Below are positions 1 to 13,123 of a stretch of 64,000 nucleotides of DNA, one piece after another. The notes beneath the pieces were generated by a model, which worked only from the letters and a program-made list of their open reading frames with translations, did not search any database and was not told the DNA's origin. Within the stretch, counting starts at the first letter, position 1, and every line of letters starts with the position of its first letter. This stretch comes from Vermamoeba vermiformis (taxonomy: Eukaryota), in the NCBI GenBank assembly GCA_045837725.1, contig JBEWZL010000126.1:248001-312000 (forward strand). The letters run 5' to 3'. The position numbers and the translations under genes are program-made.

Positions 1-1008
1 CCGCGACAAAAAATAAAACGAGAAACAAAAATGTCGCAAATTGAATATTAATAGGGAACCTAATAAAGAAAAAATGGTCAGCAGCTGGATCCACTCCACG
101 ACAAAACTTTAAATTCGTATTTAGAAGCTGTAATATAAATATTTTGCAATGCTATTCCTCGAGCAATAAAATATGAGGCGCTTCAGCGAAGCATAAAAAT
201 AGGAAAATTGGAAAAATAATTGGATCTGCTTAAAAAACGATCCACTGCGGTTACTACTGCCATACTATTGTTAATTATATTAGTATAATACGTACCAATA
301 CAAGGCAATGCCCATTTGAAGCTCCATATTCCAAAATTGATAGAAAAAGAAATAGACCGTCCTTAGAAGGCATTCTAATAAACACATAAACATGAATCCG
401 AATTGGAATGAAAATATCTTATGCCTATAATACAAATTATAATTAGTAAAGTCGACGGAGAAACCTTAACGGATCTGATTAATTTTTCGCTAGATTCGGT
501 TTAATTTGGGAAGATAGTTCTTTGGAAATTTAATTGTTGCGATAATTTGACTTCATAACATTCAATATAGCTATTAAATGTAATGCCAATAACGTCGGAT
601 AAATTTAAGCGCTTGTGGTCCAGATTGGATCTAATCCACCGGTTAAAATCAAGACCACGCAAATTTGTATTTGCATAATTTTGCTATTAATTAATTCACT
701 ATAATTAATTATCTTTACGCTTCCAATTCGCTAACAAGCATTTAAAAATTAAAATTAAATTTGTGATAGAATTGCTATTTCGTGTAGTACGATCCGTATC
801 AGCGTTTTGGCATTACTTCGCATACAAGCGAATATATTACTCCATAATTATTATGAATTAATGCGTGAAACAGTAAAATAACATACCTGAAGCAGATCAG
901 GCGCAAGATTTGCACTCCAATCACCACGGAGAGCACAAAATAACAAATGGATAATCCAAATGTAAAGCTCTCCACGGATATAGACTCCAATAGCCTAGTT
1001 GTGGTCAT
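1..1008 (-). CDS. GPR137/TM7SF1-like multi-pass membrane protein, 5' part; continues beyond the left edge
   Basis: Exons (~886-1008, ~296-423, <1-59) splice to MTTTRLLESISVESFTFGLSICYFVLSVVIGVQILRLICFR/HKIFSFQFGFMFMCLLECLLRTVYFFFYQFWNMELQMGIALYW/FPINIQFATFLFLVLFFVA. This matches the GPR137 pattern RHK..S.Q..F...CL....LRTV.F.FY...LY.FP...QF.T. The start codon is uncertain and an upstream exon is possible. Confidence 0.7.
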
Positions 1009-1359
1009 CGACGCATCTGCAACATTACAAAAAAGAGACAATTTTAGCCTACCATTTTAATCGTAAAATTCTACCGAAAATACCAACTGATACATATTTA
1101 CTCAGTACCTTAGGTACAGCTACACTACAAAGACTCAAGATGATTGTTCGTGAAACCTGGCAAATCCACCTGTGGACCGAGAAGCTTTACTTTCTGGCTG
1201 CTTTGGATTAGATAGGCTAATAATTTATTGATTAAATTATTTGCAATTGTGCTCTTTTCACTTAGGGTGAGCTCTCCGAGATCTGTGCACGAAAATTCCA
1301 TGGGACGCGTCATTGGTACCAATGACTGGTTCCAATGGCCCGCACCGACGAATAATTAA

Positions 1360-4300
1360 TTGATTAGCTTCTTGGATGGAACGTTCAGCCACTATTGCTT
1401 ACATACTTTAAGTGACGGTATTATTTACGCGGACCCTAAAGCTTCCAGTAATGACATCCCGAAGAAAATTGTTGTGGATCGGTAAGAAAAATAAATTTAA
1501 AGTATTACTCGGAAAAATATTGACAAAATTATTTTAGGGTTGGTTGTCTTATTTAGCGGGTGTTACTCTCAGCTTCTTTCAGCACCACGCTTTGCAACAG
1601 AATTTGGCTCAAAACGACTTCTGAACAGCTACGCAACCATAAATCAACACTTAGAAATTGTTGAATATAATGCGGATTTATCAATTAGCTTCACACACCA
1701 GATTCAAGACGAACAAAGTGGTTGGTGGGATGTGGCGTCGTGTGATCACTATTATTTAACATTATCAAGCACACAAGATAACTTCATGACGTTAAATATA
1801 TTCACACTGCATAACAGCTCTGCCGAAGAGCTCAATCAAACAACAATCCCACTCAACGTTACAAGATCTGCACTGTAAGAGACAATAATTTACTTATTAA
1901 ATTCTAGTAATTTATTAATAGCGTATAATAATTATTTTAGGCTGCACATTGCAGTATCGCCCTCTGGAAGAAATTTTGTATTTTTGAATGGTTCGCACTT
2001 GCTCGTGTTCGAAGTTGACCTTCAGACCTTTAATTGGACCATAACTGCAGTAATATATTAATTTTAGAATATTATTCACACTACTTACACATTGTTCAGG
2101 AGGAGTCGGTCGTCAACTACCTCCAAACAATGAGAGTTGTCCCAATAATGTCCGACACGAAAATCAGCTTTGTGTTCAACTACACAAATCAATTCATTTA
2201 TAACTACAAAACTCATACTGCGACATCGCGAAGTCTGCCGTCTGATTGGGGGATTACCGCAATTGACACATACAACGACTACTGGGTCTACGCATCGAAC
2301 AAAAACATTCTTCTCGAAGATCCTGCTGGCAACTTACACACTTTTAATTATACCAGCATTATAGTACGTACGAAACTTGTTTATTCTTACAATACCCAGT
2401 GCTAACAATTAAAAGATAGTCGAGCACGTGTCCATACTTCCACCTCAACTTTGCACTTCTCCAGGCAGCATTGATGTGGCATTAACTTATGGCACTGTGA
2501 CACTTGGCACGCTCAATGCCACAACTCACCGTCTTGAAGTGTACAACAGCGTGCCAAGCAAATCATTAGGACTTGAATACAAAACACATATTAAAGATGG
2601 GAGTAACGAAGATGCACTAGGTGAAGGTACATTGGTCAATATTTCCACTTTGAGCGGTACTTGTCTCATTTTTGTTTGTCATTAGTGTTGTCGAACTTCA
2701 TGGTGGGACACAATGTCGTTTTGTTCCAAATATTTGATGCACAAAGAACAGTAGCACTTGCAGCTCCCTCAGCTCCTGGCAATCACTCTTGCAGCATGCA
2801 CCGTGGTGAAACACTAACTACTTTTTGGTGTAGCAATGGAGGCACAACTCCAACCAACTTCTGTCCACCAGGCACTTACCAGCCATCAAGTGGCTTCACT
2901 TCATGCTTGCTGTGTCCTGAAGGCACTTATCAACCACATGAAGGCTCCATTGACTGCTTGCCATGCAAAGACAAAGAGTACTGTCCACTGGGAACAGTTG
3001 CACCCAAAGTAATTTCAGAAGACTCTTTGAGCCAAGCAAAGTGGACTTTTCCAATCTCAGAAACAGCAACATCTTTTGAAGAGATTCTTCTCATGCTGAT
3101 GTTTGCATCTTCATTGGCTGCATCAAAATCCCCTCTTTTGTGGGGCTGGGTTGCCATCACTTCTGGTAAGTTTCTGGTACTCATTCTCAATACACTTTAA
3201 TAACCTCTTGTTTGTCAGCTTTGTTGCTTTCATTGCTTGTTCAGTACTTTGCTGGCATCAATCTTCATCAATGGCTTGCAAAGATTGACATCCACAAGAA
3301 AACAAGATACAAATCAAGACCCAAACCAAATGGAGGCTCCAAAATTGAAGCAGTGAAAGTTGAGTCGGTGTTTGGAGGCTATTTGACCCTTGTTGCAGCA
3401 TTCATCTTGTTGGTTGGATTGATCACAACAATCAGTTATGTGAGTGACTATCATCCACTTTTAGTTGGCCAAGACAACAATGCAACAGAACCATCAGAAA
3501 ACTCAGTTCGAACAGCATCAGTTCAAGACTACAATACACAATCAGAGGCATCAGAACTGGCCAATATTATCAAAGATAACTTGACTATGAACATCACCAT
3601 TGTCATGTACAACTTCCAATCATTTGTGTTTCCTGATGAAGGCCCATTGGGCCACCTTCCAACCATAACAAACTGCTATGATCAATATGGTGATGGCTGT
3701 ACCTTCCAAATTTCAGATCACCACAACAAAAGAGCTGCCACAGCTGATATAAAGATGCAAATGGATGGACCAATACGTTTCACTGAAGCAGATGTTACAA
3801 TAATAACTGCATGGGACAGCTATTTCACTTTTGCAACAGTTGAAGTGTCAGCATCATTCAGTGGTGATAAAAATGCTTCAACAAGGTTTGAACCATCAAA
3901 AGCAAAATATCTTGTTTTGCCAGGCAAGAACAAAGCACTGACAGGTAATGTCAATCAACATTACTTTAATTCTCACTAAATTTCTTTTTTTGAAGGACCA
4001 TTGCTGATTCCCATCACAATGACAGTGGTTGTGAGAGAGACAGAACTTGCTGATGAAGAGTTCAATCGCCATGGTTACATGTCATTTGTCAGTGATGAAG
4101 CCAAGCTTCACAACATGGGTCACTCAAGTGAAACATTTGCCAAAACAAATGAACCCCTTTCGTTTCAGTTCATGCTTCAATTGGACAACAACTGGCGATT
4201 GGAATCTGAACAACGAAGAGTAAAGGATTAACGATGATCTTCATTGCTTTTGTTTGTGACTAATACTTGTTTGTGTTAGTTTGGAGGAGTTGGAGCATTC

Positions 4301-4460
4301 TTTGCAGCACTTTTGGCGATTCTTGGTTTGTATGAAGTGACACTACTGGCGTCAGAACTTGCTCATCGTGTTTTCCACTCGATTGAGAAACGACACAAGA
4401 AACGAAGCAAGTATCAAAATATTGAAGATCCAACTAGTCTGTTGATCGTTAACGAAAAGG
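1360..4460 (+). repeat. ~3 kb segment duplicated in inverted orientation at ~18140-21270
   Basis: Long runs of identical sequence in exons and introns. Upstream motifs aacgttcagccac and aagtgacggtatt are also shared. Confidence 0.9.
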
Positions 4461-4468
4461 CAGAATAG
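1451..4468 (+). CDS. Multi-exon membrane protein with signal peptide and ephrin-receptor-like (GCC2/GCC3) Cys repeats, copy A
   Basis: ATG at 1451 (MTSRRKLLWI|GLVVLFSG..), Cys repeat CPPGTYQPSSGFTSCLLCPEGTYQPHEGSIDCLPC..CPLG, three or more hydrophobic segments, TAG at 4466-4468. A close paralog lies at 18134-21189. Confidence 0.75.
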
Positions 4469-4610
4469 TTCGATTTGAAAGATCAGTACGAACAAATAAA
4501 ATCATTTCAGTCCCAAAATATCAGTTGTGGTCCCGATATGTCAACAACGTGATCGAACCAGGCTGTATTTTTTCGAAATTAATTTCATTGCCAAGGACAT
4601 AGACACGACA

Positions 4611-5299
4611 ATGCATAAACTAATTATTTTCATTATTATCGGATTTGTTTTAACGGCAGATGCGGTCCCAAAACTTGCCAATCAGTTCACAGCCACACTT
4701 GTTTCGCCTGATTTCGGAAAAATCGACGTATATTATGACGGAATATGGGAAATGTAAGCGAACGATTGATAACATAACCCTAAAACACGTTTGTTTAGAG
4801 AACGAGCGGATTTGTTCGTAGCAGGCCGCAACTACGTTACCAGCGTTATTGTTAACGAAGAAAGGGTAAAATTTTAAAACATTTTCTATGAGGTTCCTGA
4901 CTAACGACTACAAGGGCTGGATGGAAACTTGGGATAACAGAACGGATTCTCAATGTTTGGTCGGAACTCCTCGCTACGTCGATATTCAAGAATTATTGTT
5001 GAGCAACGCGATTTATCAAGGTCCTAATTATCTACCTAATGGTCAAGTTTGTCAAGCTTGGCTTTCTCAACAATCTCGCTGGCCGAGTAAGTGTTCGAAA
5101 CAAGATCCAGCGTAGATCAATCCTAATCTCATGTTCTATAGTTGTGGGCTCTTATATTTCATGTTATATTGGCAACATACCAAGCATGATTACTTACATT
5201 CCTGGATCTGGACTGCAAAATTCTACGTTTTACGTTACGTCATTCGTGCCCAGTGTTCAATCCAGCGAATTTGATCATCCTAAAAAATGCTTGAAATGA
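4611..5299 (+). CDS. Small secreted ependymin-related (EPDR-like) protein, 4 exons
   Basis: Four exons splice in frame. Features: signal peptide, PKLANQFTA, YYD..ERAD, Cys, AIYQG...VCQAW, and a C-terminal FDHPKKC typical of EPDR proteins. Confidence 0.6.
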
Positions 5300-5412
5300 C
5301 ATTGGCCATCTATATAAGTAATAAAGCGTTAATAGTAAAAGATTTGCTATTTATCTACGAGTTCCAGGGTTGGATCCGATCCCGACCCTGAAACTTTTCG
5401 AGCCATTCGAAA

Positions 5413-8400
5413 TTAATGAATGGCTTGTGTTACGCTTTCAACGCGCTTAATCAACTCTTCAACAGGCAAGTTAAGCTCTCGGGCAATTTCTTCCATTTTT
5501 TCTTTGGACAGATCCAAAAATCCTTCGATCAAATCTCCGTCAATGAAATTTCGTGCCGTGGAAGTCTTATGCTCGTTAGAGAATGATCGCCATTGCTCGT
5601 GTGAGAAGCCTCCGACGCCCTTAATGACCTTATTCATCTTCTCTTGCAACACGCTGAAAAATTGGTATTTGTCTTCAGGCAACGAAGCAATCACACCGAC
5701 AACGCCGTTCACTGTGCCGAACAACATTGTGGGCAAATTAGCATTTTCACTGTCTGGCAACTTCATCACAAGCGATCCTATAATTGGGCATCAATATTTT
5801 GTCAATTAAAAATTTTTTGCAACTGTGGATCTCGACAACTATTTCTCATTACTATAAAAGGAAAGTGATGCTTACCGTGTCTGAATCTGTTCACGAACTC
5901 GCCGAGATGGAATTCACCGACAACTTCTAATCGGCCTCGATCTTCTTCAGTAGCAGCGTCGCTGTTCTTGCGCACGGTGAACAAATTGAACGAGTTTTCG
6001 CCTCCAATGTAAGTGTCATCATCAATCATCTAAATACATATCATTAGTTATATGCATATTAAACATTAGTGCCCGACACCTACTTCTACAGCAGTCATCC
6101 AGTTGGGGTTATAATCACGTGCCAGTTCTTCAATGACACCGTCAACAGGCTTGTACACCAACAATGAAATTGACTTCATCAAATCTCCCACGACAATAAA
6201 ATCACCACGGCTAGCCAAATAGAGAGCCAAAATGTGTCCAGGGTGATCGCACTCCAAAGCAAGTTCTTTCATGCCATCTTCAGTCGTGCTCCATTTGTGC
6301 AATTGAACCTTCGAATTGACACCTGCCAACAACTTGCCGTTGAAAGCAGACAACGAGTAAATAGCGCCCTTAGCCTCGGCCTCAGTAACAAGCACCAATT
6401 TCTAAATAAACACGGGTCAGCGTAGGTTTCATTAACAAGATCCAAAAGCGACTTAAGCCTCACCTGCTCGGACACACGGAACACCAAGAATCGTCCCTTT
6501 GAAGGCTCGTTTTCGTTGGGATAAGCGAAGGCTGTTCCGACGACAAAGTAGTGCTCAGTATCGTTGCTAAATTGCATGTTGATCAACGAACAAGCGTTCT
6601 CGTAAGTATCCAACTTGTATCGGTCCAAAACTGATACAATGTGTTAATACTAATCCATAATTACGTTTGCAAATGGCGCTAATTACCTTCAAACGTTTGA
6701 TCATCCAAAATCTTAACGTAGTTGGTTTCAACTTCTTCGCCGTTCTCGTCAACAGCGTACTTAATGGTAACTAAGCCAAAAGTTCTGGTGCTCTCTTGAT
6801 GCGCAATTCGGCGCGGCATTTCGCCGAGAGGAACAGTGCGAATATGAAGCTTTTGGATCTCGTCGATAGTGCCAATAGTCAACGAGTTTTCGGTGGCCAA
6901 AGCCAAACTGTCTGGGAAACTATCGCAGTTAAATTCTGCCATGTAGTTAACTTCCTATAATTAGAAGTACATTAGAATATGATATTTAACAGTTTTTCCA
7001 TATTAGGACGTACCTTCAAGTTAACGTTGCTGTACAAAAGTTTCTTGTTGTGGCTGTAAATGACGGTCGGTCTATCTGAGCAAGCGAAGACGTGGCTTTG
7101 GCCCTTAGATACAAATGTTCGCAGAATAACAGGCTGCGTGCCCAATGAAACCTTCTTTCTGTTGCTCAGTGCGCCCGAGTTCTTAAATAATCAGCATTAA
7201 TTACGGCTTCCACAGAGGTCATCACAACTTACCAAGTCAAGCGTGAAATTGAATAAATGACCGTCACCAAGTGCTACCAACAAGTAGTTGACTCCTTCAA
7301 ATGAAGCAAAAAGAACTGAACGAGGAATGATTTCTCCGCCCAACAACTCTTTGCTGATCTCTTGCAAGTTCGGGACTCTCAAGACACGAACACTGATGTC
7401 AGTCCACAAGCCAACAGCGCACAATGTAGCGGTCTCGTTGCCTTCGCCAGCAGGGTCGATATTCACGCACGAAATTTCGTGAGGCATTTCAGCTTGGCTG
7501 ACAGCTTTGATCTTGTTGCCATCGATCTCCAAGTAGTGCAACTTCTTGCCACCAACGGCTAAGAGAATCTGCTTCGAGTTGCACGCGCACACGTTGATAG
7601 TTTGGTCGCCAGGAGGGGTCCACTTGTCAACCAATTTCTGTTGTGTGGCATCGACAAGGAAGACTGACTTGCCAGTGACTTGAATAAACTGGTTGTTGAT
7701 GACGTTACCAGCGTAAATGGTTTGTTGAGTGTGTTCAAATCCACCAATCTCAGTCTCGTCCAGTTCTTCACCAGCCATACCCAAGACACGGCTTTCACCA
7801 ACGAACGCGACGATCAAGTACTTCTCGTATTGAGCGCCAGGGTGCAGGATTAACGGACCAAATGCCTTTGATACCATCGAGCTCGATAGCAGCGTGTTCA
7901 TTAATACCAATGCCATTACGAACGACGCGAAGAGATCCGTCCTTGAATGCGCCAGAGCACGTGACGACTTGTCCCTTTTGAGAGCGTTAGTGACTTGCCC
8001 GCGTGCTTCAGGGTCTGTCCTAGAAAGTACTTACTTGTCCTTGTCGTTCCAAATCAACAACGGTAAAGTCGACAATAGGACCCAAGTTCGGGAATGTGTC
8101 AACGAGGTCGATGTATTGTCCTAATAAAGTGTGAGAACGGCGATTACTATATTAGGAAAGTGCAATACATACCAGTTTCTTTGTCTTTATCAGAACGCAA
8201 TTTAATGACTTGAGAGTCACCGAACGTCGAACCAACGAATGCAAATCCGTTGTCCAAGTAGTTCAATGTTGAAGGACACGAGCACTATAAGAGCGATAAT
8301 AAGTGCCTGCTATGTAAAAATATTCAAAGTACGTACCTCGCCGATAACTTCCAACTTCAGATCTGACACTCTTTGACCATCGTTGGTCAGCACAAGGACG

Positions 8401-9849
8401 TAAATTCGTCCCAAGTGATCGCCAAGCAAGTAACGAGATCCGTTGGGATCGATACGACCTGCAGCCTTCATAATTGTAGTCTTGATGGCAGTCGATTTGA
8501 AGTGCGTGCCACTGTGATACGTGATAGTCTGTTCACCAACAATAATAGCACCACCTTAAGACTAGTGAGTACTATCGTATATATATAATGATAGGCGCAG
8601 TACTTACCAAGAGGCTTTGGCACAGCGATCAACATTGAAGATCCGCCCTCGACATTGGACAAACTCCAGGGTCCGTCGACAAACTCCTTATCCTTCAAAT
8701 TCACTTCGTATGTTTTAACGTGTCTAGTCTCCTTCGTATCTTGATACAATAATGCTATGGTAGGACGAGCACAGCCGTGCAAGAATTTCATGTCAATTAC
8801 CTAAAGACCATTGTTAATATACTATCATATACAATATTTCACGCAATGATAATACTAGTTAGAATAAATAAATTGAGGCAATAAAAGACGTACTGTTAAT
8901 TCTTCTAATCGCATGTTGTAAGCTTCGTGCAATTGTCCCTTCTCGTCAATAGGAATGACTTTGAACAATCCGTCGTACATGTGCAAACCAATTAATCGAC
9001 ACTCGGGGTCAATGATGCTAATTGGACCACTATCAGAGGGTCGTCCAATACGGTCTTGCACGTCACCATTGGCTCTAAGTAGTCGTGTCAGAGTATTCGA
9101 AAAATTTTCTAATTTGCTTTCGAGAGTCAAAAGAATAATTTTTAATAATTAACAAATTATGCATTTAAAAATAGCCCTCAAATGCTCTAGAATAAGGGGC
9201 AAGCACCCGAAATAAAATTATCGATCCAAAAAAAAATTGAGTCTAATTACTCAAATACTTCGTAAATATGCTCTTTAAACGTACCTTGTAATAATCTCTC
9301 CCCTTTCTGCGTCATAAGCCAAAATACAGAATTTATATCGTTCAGTCAAAATAAACAAAAGATCTTGCTTCTCGCCCTAAATTAAGCTGCATAAATAAAC
9401 TGCATATTGGTTTATATTAAATTTTAATTTGATTATAAAATTATTTTAATATTTGTGGAGACGGCAGGTAATTTTTTGTGTAGATCCGCCCGCGCTCACG
9501 AGACATATTTAATGATTCATAAATAACATACCTTTGGTCTGAACAATTCCATATTTGCTATTCTACCATAAATTCCCACATCTAACATTGGCTGTAAGCC
9601 TTCTGGGGTCATCATGTGAATCTCGATCCTTGTACATTTGCTGTATGGTTTTAAATAATATTAATAATTACCCCAACGTGCACACAATATAATGGCGTAA
9701 TAATATAGCATTAAATTATTTTTCTGCAATATATTTCGAAATTCTGAATACCTAATAATCAGATTGAGATCTGTAGGGCTCGTGAAATTACCAACAAGCG
9801 AGTGAGATACCGCCGTTGGCTTGTTTGCTGTAACTACGTAATTCCACAT
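5413..9849 (-). CDS. DDB1: DNA damage-binding protein 1 (CUL4 adaptor), canonical, about 14-15 introns
   Basis: Motifs [70 protein letters not shown] and [14 protein letters not shown] are near-identical to DDB1. One apparent +1 frameshift lies at ~7840. Confidence 0.96.
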
Positions 9850-10086
9850 CACTCTAAAAATTGAAGTCTCTGATCCTGTGTGATGACTGAAAATAAGAAA
9901 AATTTTTCGTGCAGCATCAATTTTACCTCTTGAGCGCCGAGAATATGACATAAGGTGATATACGAAACTGCAACAAACGCAATGTTCCTCATAGATGTGC
10001 GAAGTCTGTGTACAGATCTGAGCTTGAGCTACTGTATTGTGGCGGCTAATTCTATTTACTGTAACACTACATTTCATATTTACAAA

Positions 10087-11455
10087 TTACTTGGTTTTAC
10101 TCAACAACCCCAATCTTTGAATGGCTTGGTATTGCTCAGGAATCTCCATCAACGCGGCTGTCGCAAACGCAAGAGGGTCGTTGTCGTACCTCGTCAAGAT
10201 CTGATGGTAATTGACAAATTGGAACTATAGCACAATATTAGTAAATTGTATATAAGACGTTGTGGATAACAATGGAACTTACGTTATCAAACTTTCGTTG
10301 AGGCAATTCATCGTCGAACTAATATAATATCTATGGTTAGTTACTATTACCTTAAAAGGAAATATTAAGGATCAAATCTACCTCTTCCATTCGCTCCCAA
10401 GGGCCATCACCAACACCAACGGTAATAATCGATAAAGGATAGTTGCTGGCTTCGACAATGGCTCGTCGAGTTGCTTCTTCGTCCGTCACTGAAGAATGAA
10501 GGTTATAAAACTAATTTTATCACCTAATTAGGAAAGTTTGTTACCTTGTCCATCGGCAATAATAACGAGGATATGATACTGAAATAGAGTAGAGTTAGAT
10601 AGTGTCAAAATGTCTATACTAGTGCCTTCAACTTACTGATCGAGTCTCACGAACGATGCTAATGGCTTCGTAGATAATGGGCGCGAAAGAAGTCGGTCCT
10701 GAAAGTTGGATGTGGGGCACGATTTCGCCGTAGCGTTGCAAGATCTCTGTTTGGAAGCGATAATTAGTACATATCGGTTTGACTGATGCAAATTACTGCA
10801 ATTACCATTCAATCCATTGCACGGTCTATTAGGATAGAAGGGGAACACTCGTTTGTCGGTTGTCGTGACGTCACCAAATCCATAGACAGGGATCTGCTCC
10901 CAAATAGTTATAACGAGCTCAGTATCGTATGATTGGCGATGGTCTATACCTGTTTATCTTCATCGAAAGGCTCTAAGCTCTTCGAAATGACCTGAATAAC
11001 GCTTTGGTACGGATTCAACTTGTTCGGCAGCAATGCATGCATGCTCATCGGTCCAAAAGTTTTCGCCCCACTCCATTCGTTTGATTTTGTAAAATCAATA
11101 CCTAAACATAGCTGTTAAACTACAGTCGCGTTGAGAAATTTGGCTCGTACCAATGATCAGATTCGAACTTTCCAAACCAGCTTTTCTTAATCCAGCCGTA
11201 AGCTCATCAAAATTTTTGTATTGATTTTCTATAACGTTATTCGTTAGTTAGCACGTCGCACGAAGTGTTTCGATGGAATTCTCGAATTTCAATAATTCAA
11301 TTTAAAAAAAGCACTCCTTATTTCGGCTGCTGCATTCAAACCGTTAAATTGGGTATGATCTTACCAATTTTCTTAAATGTGGGCGACTTCTTTTTCTTGC
11401 TGGAGAAGATCAGCAACAAAATTACGCCAATAAATATTATAGTGAACCACGACAT
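10087..11455 (-). CDS. Copine/RGLG-type vWA-domain protein with N-terminal membrane anchor
   Basis: Spliced product: [115 protein letters not shown]. No C2 or RING domain is seen. Confidence 0.88.
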
Positions 11456-13123
11456 TGAAACTCTCGATTAATATTTCTATTGATATGCAATGTGCTACGA
11501 TGCACGGTTTGAAACACAAAAACGGCAATAAATCGCTATTTAAGCGAAATTTTTTCGGTGACGTGTCTCAGCAGAAAAAAAGGCCACGTAGGCAATGAAA
11601 GTTTGCAAGAATTCTAATCAAGGTTTGATTGTAAGCGAGATATTCTCGGGAAAGAATTTACGGATGCACACGGACGAGAATAAGAACAAGTTAGTTTCTA
11701 GCCGGTAATACCAAATACGGACACGGCAACTGCATAAGATTCCTATAAAAATAACGTGCACAGTATTATATTCGGGAATAATAGGGTCAGAAATCACTTA
11801 GAGGCGGGTCGTTCGATCGAGATCCAAGTTTCTTTAGATAGAACAATTAAGCTGAAGCTCTTCGGACGAGGCACCAAATCATTAGTGATTGGACAATTAA
11901 AATTTGTTATCTCGGCCACATAAGTTGTGCCTATACGTCCCTATTAAATTTTGGCGCCGGGAAGATCAGGTTTGAAAGAAAGGCTTCGAGGCTTCGGGGA
12001 CATTCTAGTGAACCTCATTACGTAAAGCTGTAATACCATGTATCTTAATTGCCTTAAGATGGCTTTTAAGCAATACTATAGATGAAAGAGTTTCGTACGG
12101 TTTTTCTGCAGATGCAAAGTCCGAACTTGGATCGCAACACAAAACACTCGCGACAGCTAAAGAAGGAAATTTAAGTGACTCACTTGCCTGTTGAGCGAGT
12201 ACACTAGCAAATATAAGTATACTTACGAGCAAACATGAGCTATTGGAGAAATAAGAATTGATCCTGTGGCTGACAAACGGCAAGGAATAGCGTCCACGTC
12301 TGTTGACACTAGGAATACAAGTATTTAGCAGAAATTACAATGAAAAGACGAGGAAGATGTAGCTTAAGCCCGTTTTGGACTGTCTCATGTCCAGGCCCTG
12401 AGATCTCTCGTGTTTGTCAGAGCAAATAAAGAGAAATTAAAAATTGCCAAAACTGTTCTGCAGCGGTCTTAAATTCATTATAAAATTGTTACGCAACATA
12501 ATGCAACAAGTAGTCACTACAGCAATCTCTATTCAAAACCAAAAGACATCCAAAAGGTACGTCAAATAATATTTGGCCGCTTATAGAAGTATTTGCAGAC
12601 TCTAGGCATCGTCACATCATTTTTAGCGAGTTTATAATTCATACAATATATTATTAAATATAATAATGCATAAAGAATCAAAATAAGACCGTTACCTTGG
12701 ATTCGGAAAATAATTCTGATCAGCCCAACTAAATCCTTTCGAGTAAACTCGCGGAAACAAAGCTCCTCCGCGTTTGCCGAGAACGGAGGCTATTCTAATA
12801 ATCGTATTCTTTGGTTTTTCCCGTTTGGCCGCAGTTTTGCCAGTCAAAAAACTTTCAGATTCAAATTTTGACGAGCAAAAATCTGTGGCTGGAAACGACG
12901 CGAAAACAAAATTTACTCTTTTCGAGTCTGCAAACAAACTCTTTACCACTATTAGTTTTTATTATGCACCTTTCACCAACCAGTTCTATTTCAGTCGCCG
13001 GAAATACAGCCTATTACATCATTCCCGCCAGTTTTTCATTCTGTATCTGTCACCAACAACAACAAGATCTCGACCTCAACGACAATAGCTATTAATTGCA
13101 CCAGCACGCAATACAAAGACAAT

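Noticed and set aside
5360-5395. Imperfect hairpin between the convergent EPDR-like and DDB1 3' ends
   Set aside because: Short, mismatched and single-copy; intrinsic terminators are not expected in a eukaryote.
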